The notes beneath the pieces are model-generated. The model was given only the letters and a program-made list of their open reading frames with translations. It did not search any database and had not been told where the DNA came from. The position numbers and the translations under genes are program-made. A stretch of 64,000 nt of DNA. Source: Ginglymostoma cirratum. Its lineage: Eukaryota. The stretch lies in the NCBI GenBank assembly GCA_024137785.1, contig JAHRHZ010000218.1, positions 12,538,360 to 12,602,359 of the forward strand, read 5' to 3'. This document shows, piece after piece, positions 13,064 to 25,463 of this stretch (position 1 is its first letter; each line of letters starts with the position of its first letter).

Positions 13064-13640
13064 AGTAGAAACAAATTATTGCAGATGCTGGAATCGACTG
13101 AAAACAAAAAATGCTGGAGATCACAGTGGGTCAGACAGCATCCATGGAGACAGAGTGAGCTAATATTTTGAGTCTAGATAATTCTTCATCAGAGCTGAAG
13201 TGATGTGTGGAAGGACAGCATTTATGCTGTTGTTTGGGGGTGTGGTGGTGGTGGGATAGTGGGTGTAGGGTGCTGATGGAGAAAAGATCTTAAAAGTTCA
13301 GATGAAGTGATCAGAATGTGAGAATGACAGAGCAACGGCATGTGTCCTGCCAGCCTTGAACGTACAGTAACTGGGATCAGGGAGGGAAGGAAATGATAAC
13401 AAGCTAAAAAAGGAAGAAATGGTTCACAATTTAAAGGTGTTGAACTCAATATTAAGTCCAGAAGGCTGTAAAGTGCCTAGTCTGCACACCCCTTTCCCCC
13501 CCCAAACTGTAGCACAAACGCTGTCCCCACCACACTTCACTTCAGCTCTGATGAAGAGTCATCGAGACTCGAAACGTTAGCTTGCTCTCTGTCCATGGAT
13601 GCTGTCTACCCTGCTGTGATCACCAGCATTTGTTTTCAGT
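13064..13640 (-). mobile_element. 5'-truncated Penelope-like element with inverted terminal-repeat copy, 15-bp TSD
   Basis: CAAGCCTTTTTAACT at 13049-13063 and 13641-13655. Minus strand ~13482-13425 encodes RLGTLQPSGLNIEFNTFKL*, homologous to the GIY-YIG C-terminus at 40.7 kb. ~13090-13230 is inverted relative to ~13520-13640. Confidence 0.88.
13544..13582 (+). ncRNA. Minimal type-I hammerhead ribozyme motif
   Basis: AGCT-CTGATGA-A-GAGTC/ATCGA/GACTC-GAAAC-GTT-AGCT. Stem I AGCU:AGCU, perfect 5-bp stem II, AACGUU palindrome. Confidence 0.7.
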
Positions 13641-13789
13641 CAAGCCTTTTTAACTTGTTTTTGGCAGCTGTGATTCATGTAGATGTACACAACATTATTT
13701 TGCAGTCTATCTTTTCGTTACAGGAATTCCATAAATCCTTAAAACTGTTCAAATTGTCCTAACGTCTGTCAAGGTGATTTACCTCAAAA

Positions 13790-14270
13790 TGTGTAGAAGA
13801 ACACACTTATAATGCTGTTAATATCATAAGACATCCAGGATGTTTGCAGAATAATCATAAGCAAGGTGTGACATCAAGCCAGTAAATTTGGTCAAATGAT
13901 CAAACGTTTGGTCAGAGGTAGTAGACTAAGGAATGTCTTGAGGGAGGAAAGCAAGGTGGCAGGGTAGTCCTGTGTTTGCGGCCCAGGCAACTGAAGGCAC
14001 AGCCAGTAATGATAGAGCAATTAAAATTGGGCCAGAATTAGAGGTGTGCAGATATTTCAGTGTTTTGTAGGGCTAGAGGAGATTTACAGAGATGGAGAAG
14101 GATGAGGCCATTAAGGAATTTGAAAAATCAGGATGTAAATTTCAGAATCAAGACATTGTCTTTCAGGCAAGCAAAATGCTGATAGGACAGCAAAGTTTCC
14201 TGAGAGTCATTCATAGGCAGCAAAATTGTGTGCAACCGCAAATTTACAGAAGGTAGAATATGAGAGCCAG
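13790..14270 (-). mobile_element. L2-like LINE 3' fragment
   Basis: Purine-rich + strand with 'ggcccaggcaactgaaggcacagcc', the reverse complement of the 'ttcagttgcctaggc' tail motif seen at ~51650. Confidence 0.5.
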
Positions 14271-15719
14271 GAGGAATAATCCTCTTCTAGTTGCTTTGTT
14301 ATGTCTATCCTTTCTACAGATGTTCTACCAGATCTAATATCTTAATTTCCCAATTAATTAGCTGATTTACATAGGTCTTTGATACTGTAATTTCCCTCAA
14401 CACTTTTCAATTTTCTTTCAATTTTCTTTCAATTTTAACAAATAAAATAATGTTATTTTGTATATTGTAGCATTAATAGAAAAACAATTTACCTACTTGA
14501 TCCTGTTCAGTGTATCCTATTTGCTGTCCCCCTCTGGTGTTACTTTTAAAGCAAAACCAGTCATCTGCAAGTCTCTTCCCCCTTAAAAAGACAGCATCCT
14601 GATGGTCAAAAATGAGACAAGAGTCCAAAGTGACTAGCTGTATTTGTTTGTCCCTAGGGGGAAGTGACTAACACCTGTTTTTAAAACATTCGTCCATATG
14701 GAACAAGGGACCTGATCATGAAGTTTTTGCATGACGTCACGGCTGCATTCATTCTTCTTTTGTTGAATGGGTTTTAATTTCAAGTTTTAATATCAGTGAA
14801 CAGTTTTTTTTTCTCATTCCAGCTTTCGACATAAGGGGTGCTTTAGTTGTCTTTGTGTAGGTTTTTAAATGAAGTAATGGGCACCACTAGGCATTCCTGT
14901 TTAGGGAAAGTAGAAATTTAAGGAGATTGGTCTTGTTCTGCTAGATTACACCTTTAGTCAGCTGACCACGAAGTTGATTTTGTGCTAGCTGTCAAGAAGC
15001 TTTATAATTGACTATCCACTAACCCTTCTTACAGCTGTAAGATGATGACTGGAGAGCTGGGAAGTGAAGAAGGACTTCTAAAGTGAGGAGAAAGAAACTG
15101 TTTGGAGCTCTAATTGTATAACATTTTGAATCCCAGAGTGACTCTCAGATTTGCCTATCCTCTTCAAATGATGTTCACTGAACTGTACTTCAGTTGTTGC
15201 AGATATTGGCTGATCTTTTCCTTTTTATTGTAAGACCATGTAAAAGATAATTTATTAGAGTTGTTTATATTTGAACTCTTTCTGAAAAGTGTCCTTTGTA
15301 AGGACATTTTAATAACTTGGAGGAAAGTTATCAACGAAGTTCTCACTTTCCAGGTTGTGCATAGATACTCTGTGCTACATGAGTGAACCAAGTAGAACTG
15401 AATGTTACCAGGCTTGACTTCATAGTCACAGTTGGTAAATGACAAGTAAATGCTCACCTAGCTAGCAAGATGTACATCTCATGAATGATTTTTTTTTTGT
15501 TTAAAATGTGTTATAATTGACCTCAGCATTCCTGGTTTGGAAAACAATTTAGTTGGGATTATCCTAGTGATCACCTTATAAGATAACAGTTCTTAACTAC
15601 ATGTGTTGGAGACTGGGGAGAGAAAGGAGAAGCTAAACAAATATTTAGTCTTGTGTTTGCTTTCAGTATATCTGAATGCTTTTAAAATAATTTCTAAATT
15701 TTAAGTATTTGATATTTAG

Positions 15720-16095
15720 GCAGATTCCTTTAAAATGGGCCAGGATTTTGTGAAGAACTCCTCGTCCAGTTTTGAAAGCTTGGATCACCGTGATCTTCCC
15801 ACAGGCATGTTAGATTTAAATGTCAAGAGAGAAATGATGAGGACTGCGACAGTTACTCGGTTCAGCACAGACACGGCTGCCTTAAATACCTCTACACAAG
15901 GAATTCTACTTCAAGGTACATCAAACACTGGTTGCCTAAGTCACCATGTGTCCTCAACAAATATTAGCAAGTGTTCATCCACTGTAAAACATGAACTGTT
16001 AAAGAGAGAAAAAAGGAAGGCCTCCCTAGCACGAGAATCTATACGCTTCATGAAAGGAGTTATGGATGAATGTACACACATTGGAAATTTCTCAG
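15720..16095 (+). CDS. ABHD18: ABHD18 coding exon (376 nt, phase 0-1)
   Basis: atttag|GCA GAT TCC TTT AAA ATG...TTC TCA G|gtaatt. ADSFKMGQDFVK...ESIRFMKGVMDECTHIGNFS. Both ends match ABHD18 and the middle is a divergent S/T-rich linker. Confidence 0.95.
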
Positions 16096-18174
16096 GTAAT
16101 TTAAACTTTTCAATGAAATTCAAAATATGTACAAAGTGCTGTAATCTGCCTCATTAAGGCTTTGTGTCTGTCATTTTATTGTTTAGGAAGCATTCAAGGT
16201 TCTTCTGATAGTTTGTTGGATAATTTTGCCATGTGGCTAGCTTACTTTAGTGAGGGTAGCAGTTAGGGTTTTATAGATGGTCTTTGTATCAGGAAGGAAA
16301 AGATTCTCACGTAGGTACAGTTGTTGATTCCATTATTGCTGGAAGTGTGGTTTTGAATGACTCTTTGGCCATAGCTGGATTGACTCAACAGTAATGGAAT
16401 TTTATTTTATTCTATTCTATTTTGGAATAGCCTACTAAACCCATTGTCTAAATTGATACATGGAAAATGACAACTTGGTTGAGGTAATTGGAAGGGTTAC
16501 AGCGTGCATGGAAATCCACCTTTGCATCAGTCACTGTTCCGAAGAATATTGGATAGAATTGGTAAAAGAACTTAAACAAAGCTTGCAAAGATTTGGAGAA
16601 TCTCTCATTTTGGGCTGCAAAATAGCTAATGCATCAATGTGAATTCTATGCAAGACCTTTATGACCAATGTCAGAATAATGTTAGAGACAAAATTCTGCT
16701 CCCTCAATAAAGCAGGAGAGGATAATGGACGAGATATGAATTAACTGGTGGACTTGTCCCCATCTGTATTTATGAATTGCTCAACTCAAGATTGCACTGA
16801 CAAAGCTGAGAACTTGTATATACTCTCTAGCATGGAACTGACTTTTGCAGGGAACGGCAAAATGCATTTTGTAGGAGATAATAACAATCCTTATTCTTGC
16901 TAATCAGCTCTTTTTTTATTGTTTGCAAAATCTCTTTGACTGTTGTAGTAGATAATCCTTTACTGTCAGCAATCCTTACATCAATAAAATGCACTTGTGT
17001 CCACCATCGTTGATTTAATAAAGATCTTTACTTTAGCACATTTTCTTTATTGCAATGTATGAATTTATATTTTTCACTTTCAATACTTACTGAGTCCATT
17101 TTTAAGTTAAATAATCTATTTTAATTATCATTCATGGTAAAACATCCCACAATCCAGTAACAAGAAAATTTTCTTGTGATATTTGTCTTTTGTACTTCCA
17201 ATGATAGCAGAGCCTACAATCCCATTAATGATTTGCCAACAAAAATCTGATTTTGATTTCGAACCTCCCAAATACTTTCATAAATTCAACATCATCTACT
17301 TGCCCTTTCCTCAATCTTCTCTTACAGAGAAATACCTCTGAATTTTCAATCATTTATTCATCAAAAATTATAATCTCTTATTCCCAGGGTAATTCCAGTT
17401 AATTATTGTCCTATCCTATATTGCAAAGTTTCCCAAAGGAAGTGTCAGGATTCCAGGTAGAGTCACAAGCTCAAATTTTGCAGTTGTGAGTTCTGAGGCA
17501 GTAAAGACTGTTGTAGGCTACCACTTGAGCTACAGCAGCCATGCTCCTCTCTTAGGAGCTCCCACACTTTCAAGCTCCCTCTGACCCCTGCTCCTGTGCA
17601 CTCATACATCCCTGCCCTCACTTTCATAATTCTTACTGAAGGATGATGATGATTTCAAGCCATGAAATTAAGTTACACTGGGAAAACCATTCTCATACTA
17701 CAATAGCTTGCAATACTGAAATCTGTTCTTAATGTCTTCTAAAAATTCAAATGAATTACCTTGTTTTGATATTCAGTGCTGTATCCTTATGTATAACAAT
17801 CATCATCCCATTGCTATTTATGATTTTTCTGAAACATTCCTCTTTGAAGATTGATGTGTCTGCACCTCCTAGATCTTTGTCATTTGTATTTTGAATGGTT
17901 CTACCATGAGACGCTATCACTTTGCTTCGAAAAGGTAACAATTTACCTTTCTATACGATAAGCTATATCTGTCACCTATCTGCACACCCTGCTAATCTGC
18001 TTGGCATCCTGCATCTGTCTTTTCTTTGCAATTCCCACATGTTTAGTGTTATCTGAAATCTTCAGCATTGTTGTACAGATGCATATGTAAATTTCTTAAA
18101 TGGAAAATAAAAGATGTTTCACTACAGATTCTTGTAGCATTTCACATGCTGTTTGCTTTCTGCCCCTCACCTAA

Positions 18175-18510
18175 AGGTGTTGTAATAATGTTACTGGACC
18201 AGTAATCCAGATATCCGGGTTAATGTTCTGAAGATGTGGGTTCAAATCCCATCATGACAGCTAGTGGATTAACATTTAATAATAAACTCAGTTAATATAT
18301 CTGGACTTGAAAGCAATTGAAACTGCTGAATCCATAAAGCTTTTCATAAATCTGCTGTCTGTACCTGGTCTGGCCTGGATGTGATTGCAGATTATCAGCA
18401 TTGTGATAGACCCTTAACAGACCATTTAAATAACCAAATAAGTCACTCCGTAACAGCAAATTAGGGATGGGCAATAACTGCTGGTATTGCCATTGACAGC
18501 CAAGATAGAA
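18175..18510 (+). mobile_element. tRNA-derived SINE sharing its 3' tail with the 36.3-38.5 kb LINE family
   Basis: B-box GGGTTCAAATCCC (~18238) and tail 'aattagggatgggcaataac' (cf. 38473 'aactagggatgggcataaac'). Related copy at ~63617-63900. Confidence 0.65.
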
Positions 18511-21500
18511 TAAAGCAGACACTTCTGTTTTCATAAAGTCTCTTGTGTTACACTTGAGCAAACTCCCTCTGAAAAGTTCCTGCATTCCTGTATCTGCACA
18601 TTGTAATTTCTTCAAAATTCCAATTAGCCAAGCCTTACCCAGCCTTTAAAAGTCAATGTAGATGATTCCCAATCAGCTGGTGCTTCTGATTATTTACTAA
18701 TTTGGCCTCAATGTGATTCCACAACTAAGGGACTCTTTTTGCAGAATGGTAGCTTCTCTACCTATTTGCCTCTGGGCCAGTCGGTCTTGGCCCAATTCCC
18801 ACCTGCTGCAAAGGAGTGTCATAACATGCCTGAACAGGTTCATTAAAATAACTTCTCACAGGCAAAGTAAAAGTAAAAAGCTGGCCTACCGTTTCAGGCT
18901 TATCTTTTTTTGCTTAAACAAGAGTATAATCTTTCCTATTCTGCACTTTTTGGCTCATTTCCTGTTTGCAAAGCTTTTTGGAAAATTGCACTCAAGCCTT
19001 TTATTATGTCTTTGCCAACTTCCTGAAGTGTTGAGATGCTTGGGCATTGAACTAGTGATTTTTGTATTTTAATGCAAAACTTTGTTATTAGTTTCATTTA
19101 GATTTAGTTTTACCACATTCACTTTGGGTCCTTCAGTTCTACTTTCATATTTTTTTGAAAATTTATATATAAGAATTACTGCCAATGCTTTACTCTTAAA
19201 TATAACATAGTCCCTTTCATCATATGTCTTTGTTATTTGACTATCCTTTTAATTACATGTTCATGGTGACTCTTGTTATTTCCCTTCATTGAATAAGGTT
19301 TCTTGCTTAATTTCACCTTTTGCTCGGCCTCTATAATTAAGTTCCTCAGTTTTTCTGTTCTATAATTCTTCTACCAAATTTTAAAATGCCATTTTGTTGT
19401 AATCAGTATCCCTGAGCCTCACGTTTTTGATCCAACCCTTTTGCACCCAGTTGAACTGTTACTTTTGTTGTTTGATCTGTCATTTTTCCACCTAACTATT
19501 CTTAACTATGTTCTACATCATACCAATGAAAACAACTGTTCAATTTCTTTATCTTGATAATTTTAGGACCAGGACTACCTTCATTTGCACTGGTCAAATT
19601 TTGGTTCCTAAATTCCTAAATGTTCTCGGTAACCTAACTTTCCTGTTTGGTTACTTCAAAGCAGATTTAATTCTGTGTTCTTTCATGTGACCTTCAGCAT
19701 TAATCACTAAAAAGATCATAGATGCAATCTCAAAACATCACCTAATTTCATCAGAAACAGATTATATCTACCATAAGGTAGACAAACCTAATGTTCATCA
19801 TTATTACAGTTGTTAGTATAAGTCTGTAAATAACAGGCCCATTCCATTGTTTATTTCCTCCTCTTAAGTTTTCTGCAATGTATTTCTAGTTTTGTAACAT
19901 GTCACTTATTTATTAAGTCAGAGGAGACATGATCAATCAATGAGGCGTTACTTTTCTAAGGTTGTAAGCCCTTTATAAATAAGTCACCCACATTCAGTTT
20001 TTCCATCTCTATTTCTCTTGACAACTTCAGCATCAGGAATATTTTTGGTTCGTAATTTTCCCCAGCTGAAACAAAATAGTTATTAAGGTTACAAATTTCT
20101 GTCCTTAAATGGTAATTATTGCTTTTAGTTTAGCACCTTTATTTCTAACATTTTGCAAATTAACTGCAACCATGATCTATTCACACTCTTCACATTCACA
20201 CTTCCTTTTCCTTTATTAACTTCCTCACAATACCTGAAGACAATGTCTCCATTTCTGACCTCACGTCCACCATCACATTTTAGTTCCAAGGTACATACTT
20301 GTTCCAGTTTAACATTGAATTAGCTTTCTCATTAGTGTCACAATAATAATAGAAATGTCATTTTGATGCAAAACGTTTGCTCTTCTGAAACTGAAAGTAC
20401 TTTTGTACCAAATGTGGAATACCTCCTATTTAACACTGACATAAAAAAATTTCCCCATGACAGTCCCACATCTTACCCAGAAAAAAATGCTTTCTATGTT
20501 GGTTGTTTGCAACTGATGCTTTTAAACCTGGCATATGTCACTATGTTCACAGCGAAAATTATGAGTAAAATGTTATCAAGGGCAAGTATTTTTGTACTAA
20601 TTTTTATCTATGTTTCTTTTATAAACTAAATTGTGTTTCATTTAAATTTTTAGTCTTGAGGATTTACTAATTTGTCTCTCTTAGAAGACATACAGAAGTT
20701 AGGAATTAAGACATCACACAACAATTTGTATCTGAGATAATTGCCAATTCAAGCTAAAATTTCCTTTAATTATGAAGTAATTGAATAACTTCTTTTATTC
20801 TTTAAATAGCCTCCAAGCCTGCATGGTACTAACGGAACCCAGAAATAAAACTAAAAGAAAAAAAGTTCATTACTTAATTATAAATAATATCTTTTATATT
20901 TCAGGTAAATTAGAACAAAGACAAGAAAAATCACATTTATTTATTGTACCTTATACTTTTTCTAAGGTTTTCTGAAATGCTTCCCATGGAACGTTTACAT
21001 TTTGAAGTAGCCGTTTTCTGAATGTTGTGTCCTGCATATGCCAAAGTTTCATAAACTGCAATGAAAGAAATAACTAGTTGATTTATTTTCAGTGTCTGAA
21101 TGGCATGCACTTTAGACTATTCAGCTAGGGGGTCTGAACCAAGTTGGCTCTGGCCACAATTTTTCAATCTTCAAGAGTGCAAATTGCACGGGATTGACAA
21201 GCAAGTACTGTCACGTTCTTATTCGAGAAAAATAAGCTGGGTAATTATAGACCAATTAGTCTAATAGTAATTATAGCTATAGGTCTTGGAATAATAACAG
21301 TTGATATTGTTGCAGACTCTTAAAATTCATAATTTGAGACAAAATAACAAGTATTTAGCAATAGATGTTTTCATTGAAGGCAGGCAGTAAGGGTTTAATA
21401 CAGACAAGTCATTAGACAAATCCTAGATTTTTTAAAGAAATGACTGGATAAAGAAATATAGTGAATTTAGTTTAAAGATTTCCACAAATTGTTCAGCAAA

Positions 21501-22088
21501 ATGTGTTGTTAGAACTCTTGCACATTTTTCCATTAATTTTATTAACTTTGGTTGAGAGCTGTGAATTGGAAACTATAAGCTAAAGATGACTTTTGGACTA
21601 GCTAACAGCTTGTGTTAAAAAGAAACTAGATCAAACAAGCTATTGCTTATTTATGAGGCAATGCTTCGAAGTTAATTGCAGGTTCATTCTTGATCAAAAG
21701 ATTCTGCAGCTGTTTTGTCACCGGGAAAGAACATTATATTTAAACAGATAACAGAAGTTGGCTTTTAATGAGGTCAGCACCTGAGAATTCATTCCAGCAC
21801 GTCTGGAAAGGATCTTCTCCTCCAGCAGGTAGCAAATGTTGTATGGTAATTGGAATCTCATGGAGGAGACTATCAGCCTGTCAGAGAAGGAGTCAGCGCA
21901 TGAATTGGGTTTTCTATGAAAATAATCTGGCTGTTGAAGCTGCGGCATGAATATTTGAAAGCTCCTTGCATAACTTCTTTGCCAGCTCTCGGAAGTTCAC
22001 AGAATAAGAAACTAAGTTCGAAGTCTTGGATAACAAGCATGGGGCTGGATGAACACAGCAGGTCAAGCAGCATCATAGGAGCAGGAAA

Positions 22089-22120
22089 ACTTGACGTTTC
22101 GGGCCTGAACCCTTCATCAG
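22089..22120 (-). ncRNA. Minimal hammerhead ribozyme motif (5' stem I strand lost in the gap)
   Basis: Reverse complement reads CTGATGA-A-GGGTTCAGGCCC-GAAAC-GTC-AAGT. The + strand partner at 22530 has GAGA instead of GAAA. Confidence 0.55.
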
Positions 22121-22520
22121 NNNNNNNNNNNNNNNNNNNNNNNNNNNNNNNNNNNNNNNNNNNNNNNNNNNNNNNNNNNNNNNNNNNNNNNNNNNNNNNN
22201 NNNNNNNNNNNNNNNNNNNNNNNNNNNNNNNNNNNNNNNNNNNNNNNNNNNNNNNNNNNNNNNNNNNNNNNNNNNNNNNNNNNNNNNNNNNNNNNNNNNN
22301 NNNNNNNNNNNNNNNNNNNNNNNNNNNNNNNNNNNNNNNNNNNNNNNNNNNNNNNNNNNNNNNNNNNNNNNNNNNNNNNNNNNNNNNNNNNNNNNNNNNN
22401 NNNNNNNNNNNNNNNNNNNNNNNNNNNNNNNNNNNNNNNNNNNNNNNNNNNNNNNNNNNNNNNNNNNNNNNNNNNNNNNNNNNNNNNNNNNNNNNNNNNN
22501 NNNNNNNNNNNNNNNNNNNN
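22121..22520. other. Assembly gap (400 N)
   Basis: Run of n. Confidence 1.
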
Positions 22521-24161
22521 CCCCCATTTCTGATGAAGGGTTTAGGCCCGAGACGTCAAGTTTTCCTGCTCCTATGATGCTGCTTGACCTGCTGTGTTCA
22601 TCCAGCCCCATGCTTGTTATCTCGGATTCTCCAGCATCTGCAGTACCTTTTATCTCTGATACAAGTTCGAAGTCTTATTGCCTTTATCTCTGTGAGCTGT
22701 AAACGTGACCCTGATCAAAATCTTCAGAAAATCAACTAAGAAACTGTCACCTATACCAGTGGAACAACACATCATGAAGATCACTTAAGTAACCTGGCCA
22801 GTTTTATAATTTTCTTTTGCTTAAACCTTAACTGTGTTCATTTGTCTATTTGTCTTTTGTGTGAATGGAGTTGAAAACAAAGATTTTTTAGGTCGAAAGT
22901 ATGGACTAATTAGACTACTCTGTTTAATTTTACTCTGCTAAAGTTACTGTATTGTTGATAAATTGCTAAGTTTTTTTTAAGATGTAAAACAGTGTCTGGA
23001 ATTGATTACTTGCAGAGTCTGGGATATGTTATTCAAAAAAGTCTGGTTAGCAACCATTGGGGTCAATTTTGAAGGTTTTAATTTTACTGTATGGTGAATA
23101 CAGAGGTAGAAAGGCTGATTTGGTTTGGCTGTTTCTGAGTCATAACAGTGTTTTAAAGTGTGTTGCAAAAATTGTGAAAAAGATTGTGATGAGAGGAAAT
23201 ACAACTTGAAATAAATACCTTGTTTTATAGACCTGAAACAAAAGAGTTATTGAAGTGAGTGTCATACCCACTTATGTTTTCTGAGTAGAGAGGTGATTTG
23301 GATTTTGCTGTGGTGAACAAAACATCAAAGGTATGACACAGAAATAGGATGTTTGATAAACTCTGAGCAGCGCTAGATATTTTTTATAAATCAGAGATCA
23401 CTGATAAGCTAGGAGAATGCCATGACAGATAACAGGCACTATTTAATGTGGAAAGGTCTCAGGTTTAGGAGTAAAGTACTTTGAGGATTATACAATTAAT
23501 TTAAGGACACTGAAGAATGAGGTACAAAGGCATTCAGTTATATAACTTCTCAAACCTGCATAGGTGCATAAAATCTTAAAAAATTGAGTCAAATATTGCA
23601 GTTTAGAAATAGGGACATATAGTGGAAGGGCAAAAGCTTTGTATGCATTGACACGAAATGTTGCTTAACTCTCAAATACAACCAATGTGTCCAGCTTTTG
23701 GCACTCTTTTTCCAAAGATATTCAAGGGGAAGAGAACTCCAGATGACAGCAAATTTGGGAAAATATATTTCAGTTGTAACTATTTCTAATTGTTTTAAAA
23801 ATGTAGTCGCTATTTTCATGGAAAGAATAGGAAGAAATATTGCCTTAAGTTGGGAAGTCGCTGAAATTTCAATTAAAACTATCGTTGAACCAAGGTTGGA
23901 AAAATTTCTTTATGTAAAATAGTGCTTAGCAGGAAATCATGATGGTTGACACCGTATCTATTACATCTTTTAACAGGGAAGATTGGATATATATTTGAAG
24001 CAGAAATGGGTTTTCATGCCCGAAAAGGAACAAATGTAAATGGAAACCCACACCTCTGCTGTTCATTAAATACTCTTTCTCTTTGGTGGAGTACTTATTT
24101 AGCAAATAGTGGAAATTGTGCTACACTCCTGAAAGTTCTGATTGCCTTTTGTCTGATTTAA

Positions 24162-24332
<171 letters not shown>

Positions 24333-25463
24333 TAAAAGCAGTGAAGAATGATCAAACTGGCATTTATCTGTTGTCTTAAAGGGAAATGTTGTTGAGTATA
24401 AAGATACAAGCACAAACATTTTTTGAAGGTAATTGTATTTTTCTTCTACATTAAGCACTATAGCCAGCTGAGGAGGCAAATAAATATCTAGCCAACTATT
24501 TAGTGAAGTGAAGAGATGAGTTATCAAACAGACAGCTTCACAGCAACTTGCTGGTTTTGGGACATAGGAATTTCAACAATTGCAAGTAGACCTTTAAAGG
24601 AGTAGCAAGACCAAGAGGGAATACTCAAACTGGTACTGTGACTTTACTGTATGTCCTGAACCCCAGAGAAGCACACTGCACAAAATTAGAGATATTTTCT
24701 TGAACTTGTCTGTCTCATCTAAATTGATATGTTACATGTATCTATCTTAAGTGAAGACCAGTTCCATCCACTAAGAGCAGTAATCCTTTTAATTAAAATG
24801 TCGAAACACTTAACCTAATTAGTATTTTGATTCAACCAGAGTTCAGTACCATTTGCAGGTTATTGTCTGATACACATTCCAATACAAAAATGAATCAGGG
24901 AGATCATAGACTATGATAATTGCTTAATCTCAAATTTCAGATGGAAGAATACTTTTAAAAGTGAATGGAGATTTGTGCTGTTTTCAAACAAAGTCATTCT
25001 TCTCCCTACTTCCATCCCAAAACAGTCTGACTAGATATGAATTTTAAAATGTATGTGTTATTTAGCCAAGAGCTGGCGTAACTGAACAAGCACAGTGGTA
25101 AGGGGTGAATAAGACCTGACACGAATAAAAATATCGACAGTGAAATTTTGGATGACCTAAAGCTTCGGGAGAATAGAATGTAGGAGGCCATCATGAGTGC
25201 TTTAGGATGGTCAAGTCTAAAGATAAAAAAAGGCATGGGTGAGGGTTTCAGCAGCAGATAAGCTGAGACGATCACTGAGTCAGTGATGATATGAAGGTGG
25301 AAATGAGTCAGCCTTTGTAGTGGTTATGTGGCTGTATGGTCATATAACATCAAGGTTGCAAATAGTCTCGTTTAGCCTCAAATAATTGTCAGGGATTGAG
25401 CCAGTAACTTGGATTAGAAGACAATGGTTTATATTTTCCTAATATTTAATTGAAGGAAATTCC

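Larger units (their letters stand above)
22028..22662. mobile_element. Young Penelope-like insertion with inverted arms spanning the assembly gap, 14-bp TSD
   Basis: AAGTTCGAAGTCTT at 22014-22027 and 22663-22676. 22029-22120 is the near-perfect reverse complement of 22530-22621. Right arm is nearly identical to 41053-41189. Confidence 0.9.

Noticed and set aside
15735-16157. 140-aa ORF as a standalone gene
   Set aside because: It is an internal ABHD18 exon read from an internal Met and past the donor at 16095.
21916-22611. ORFs of 205 and 164 aa
   Set aside because: Artefacts of reading through the N gap.
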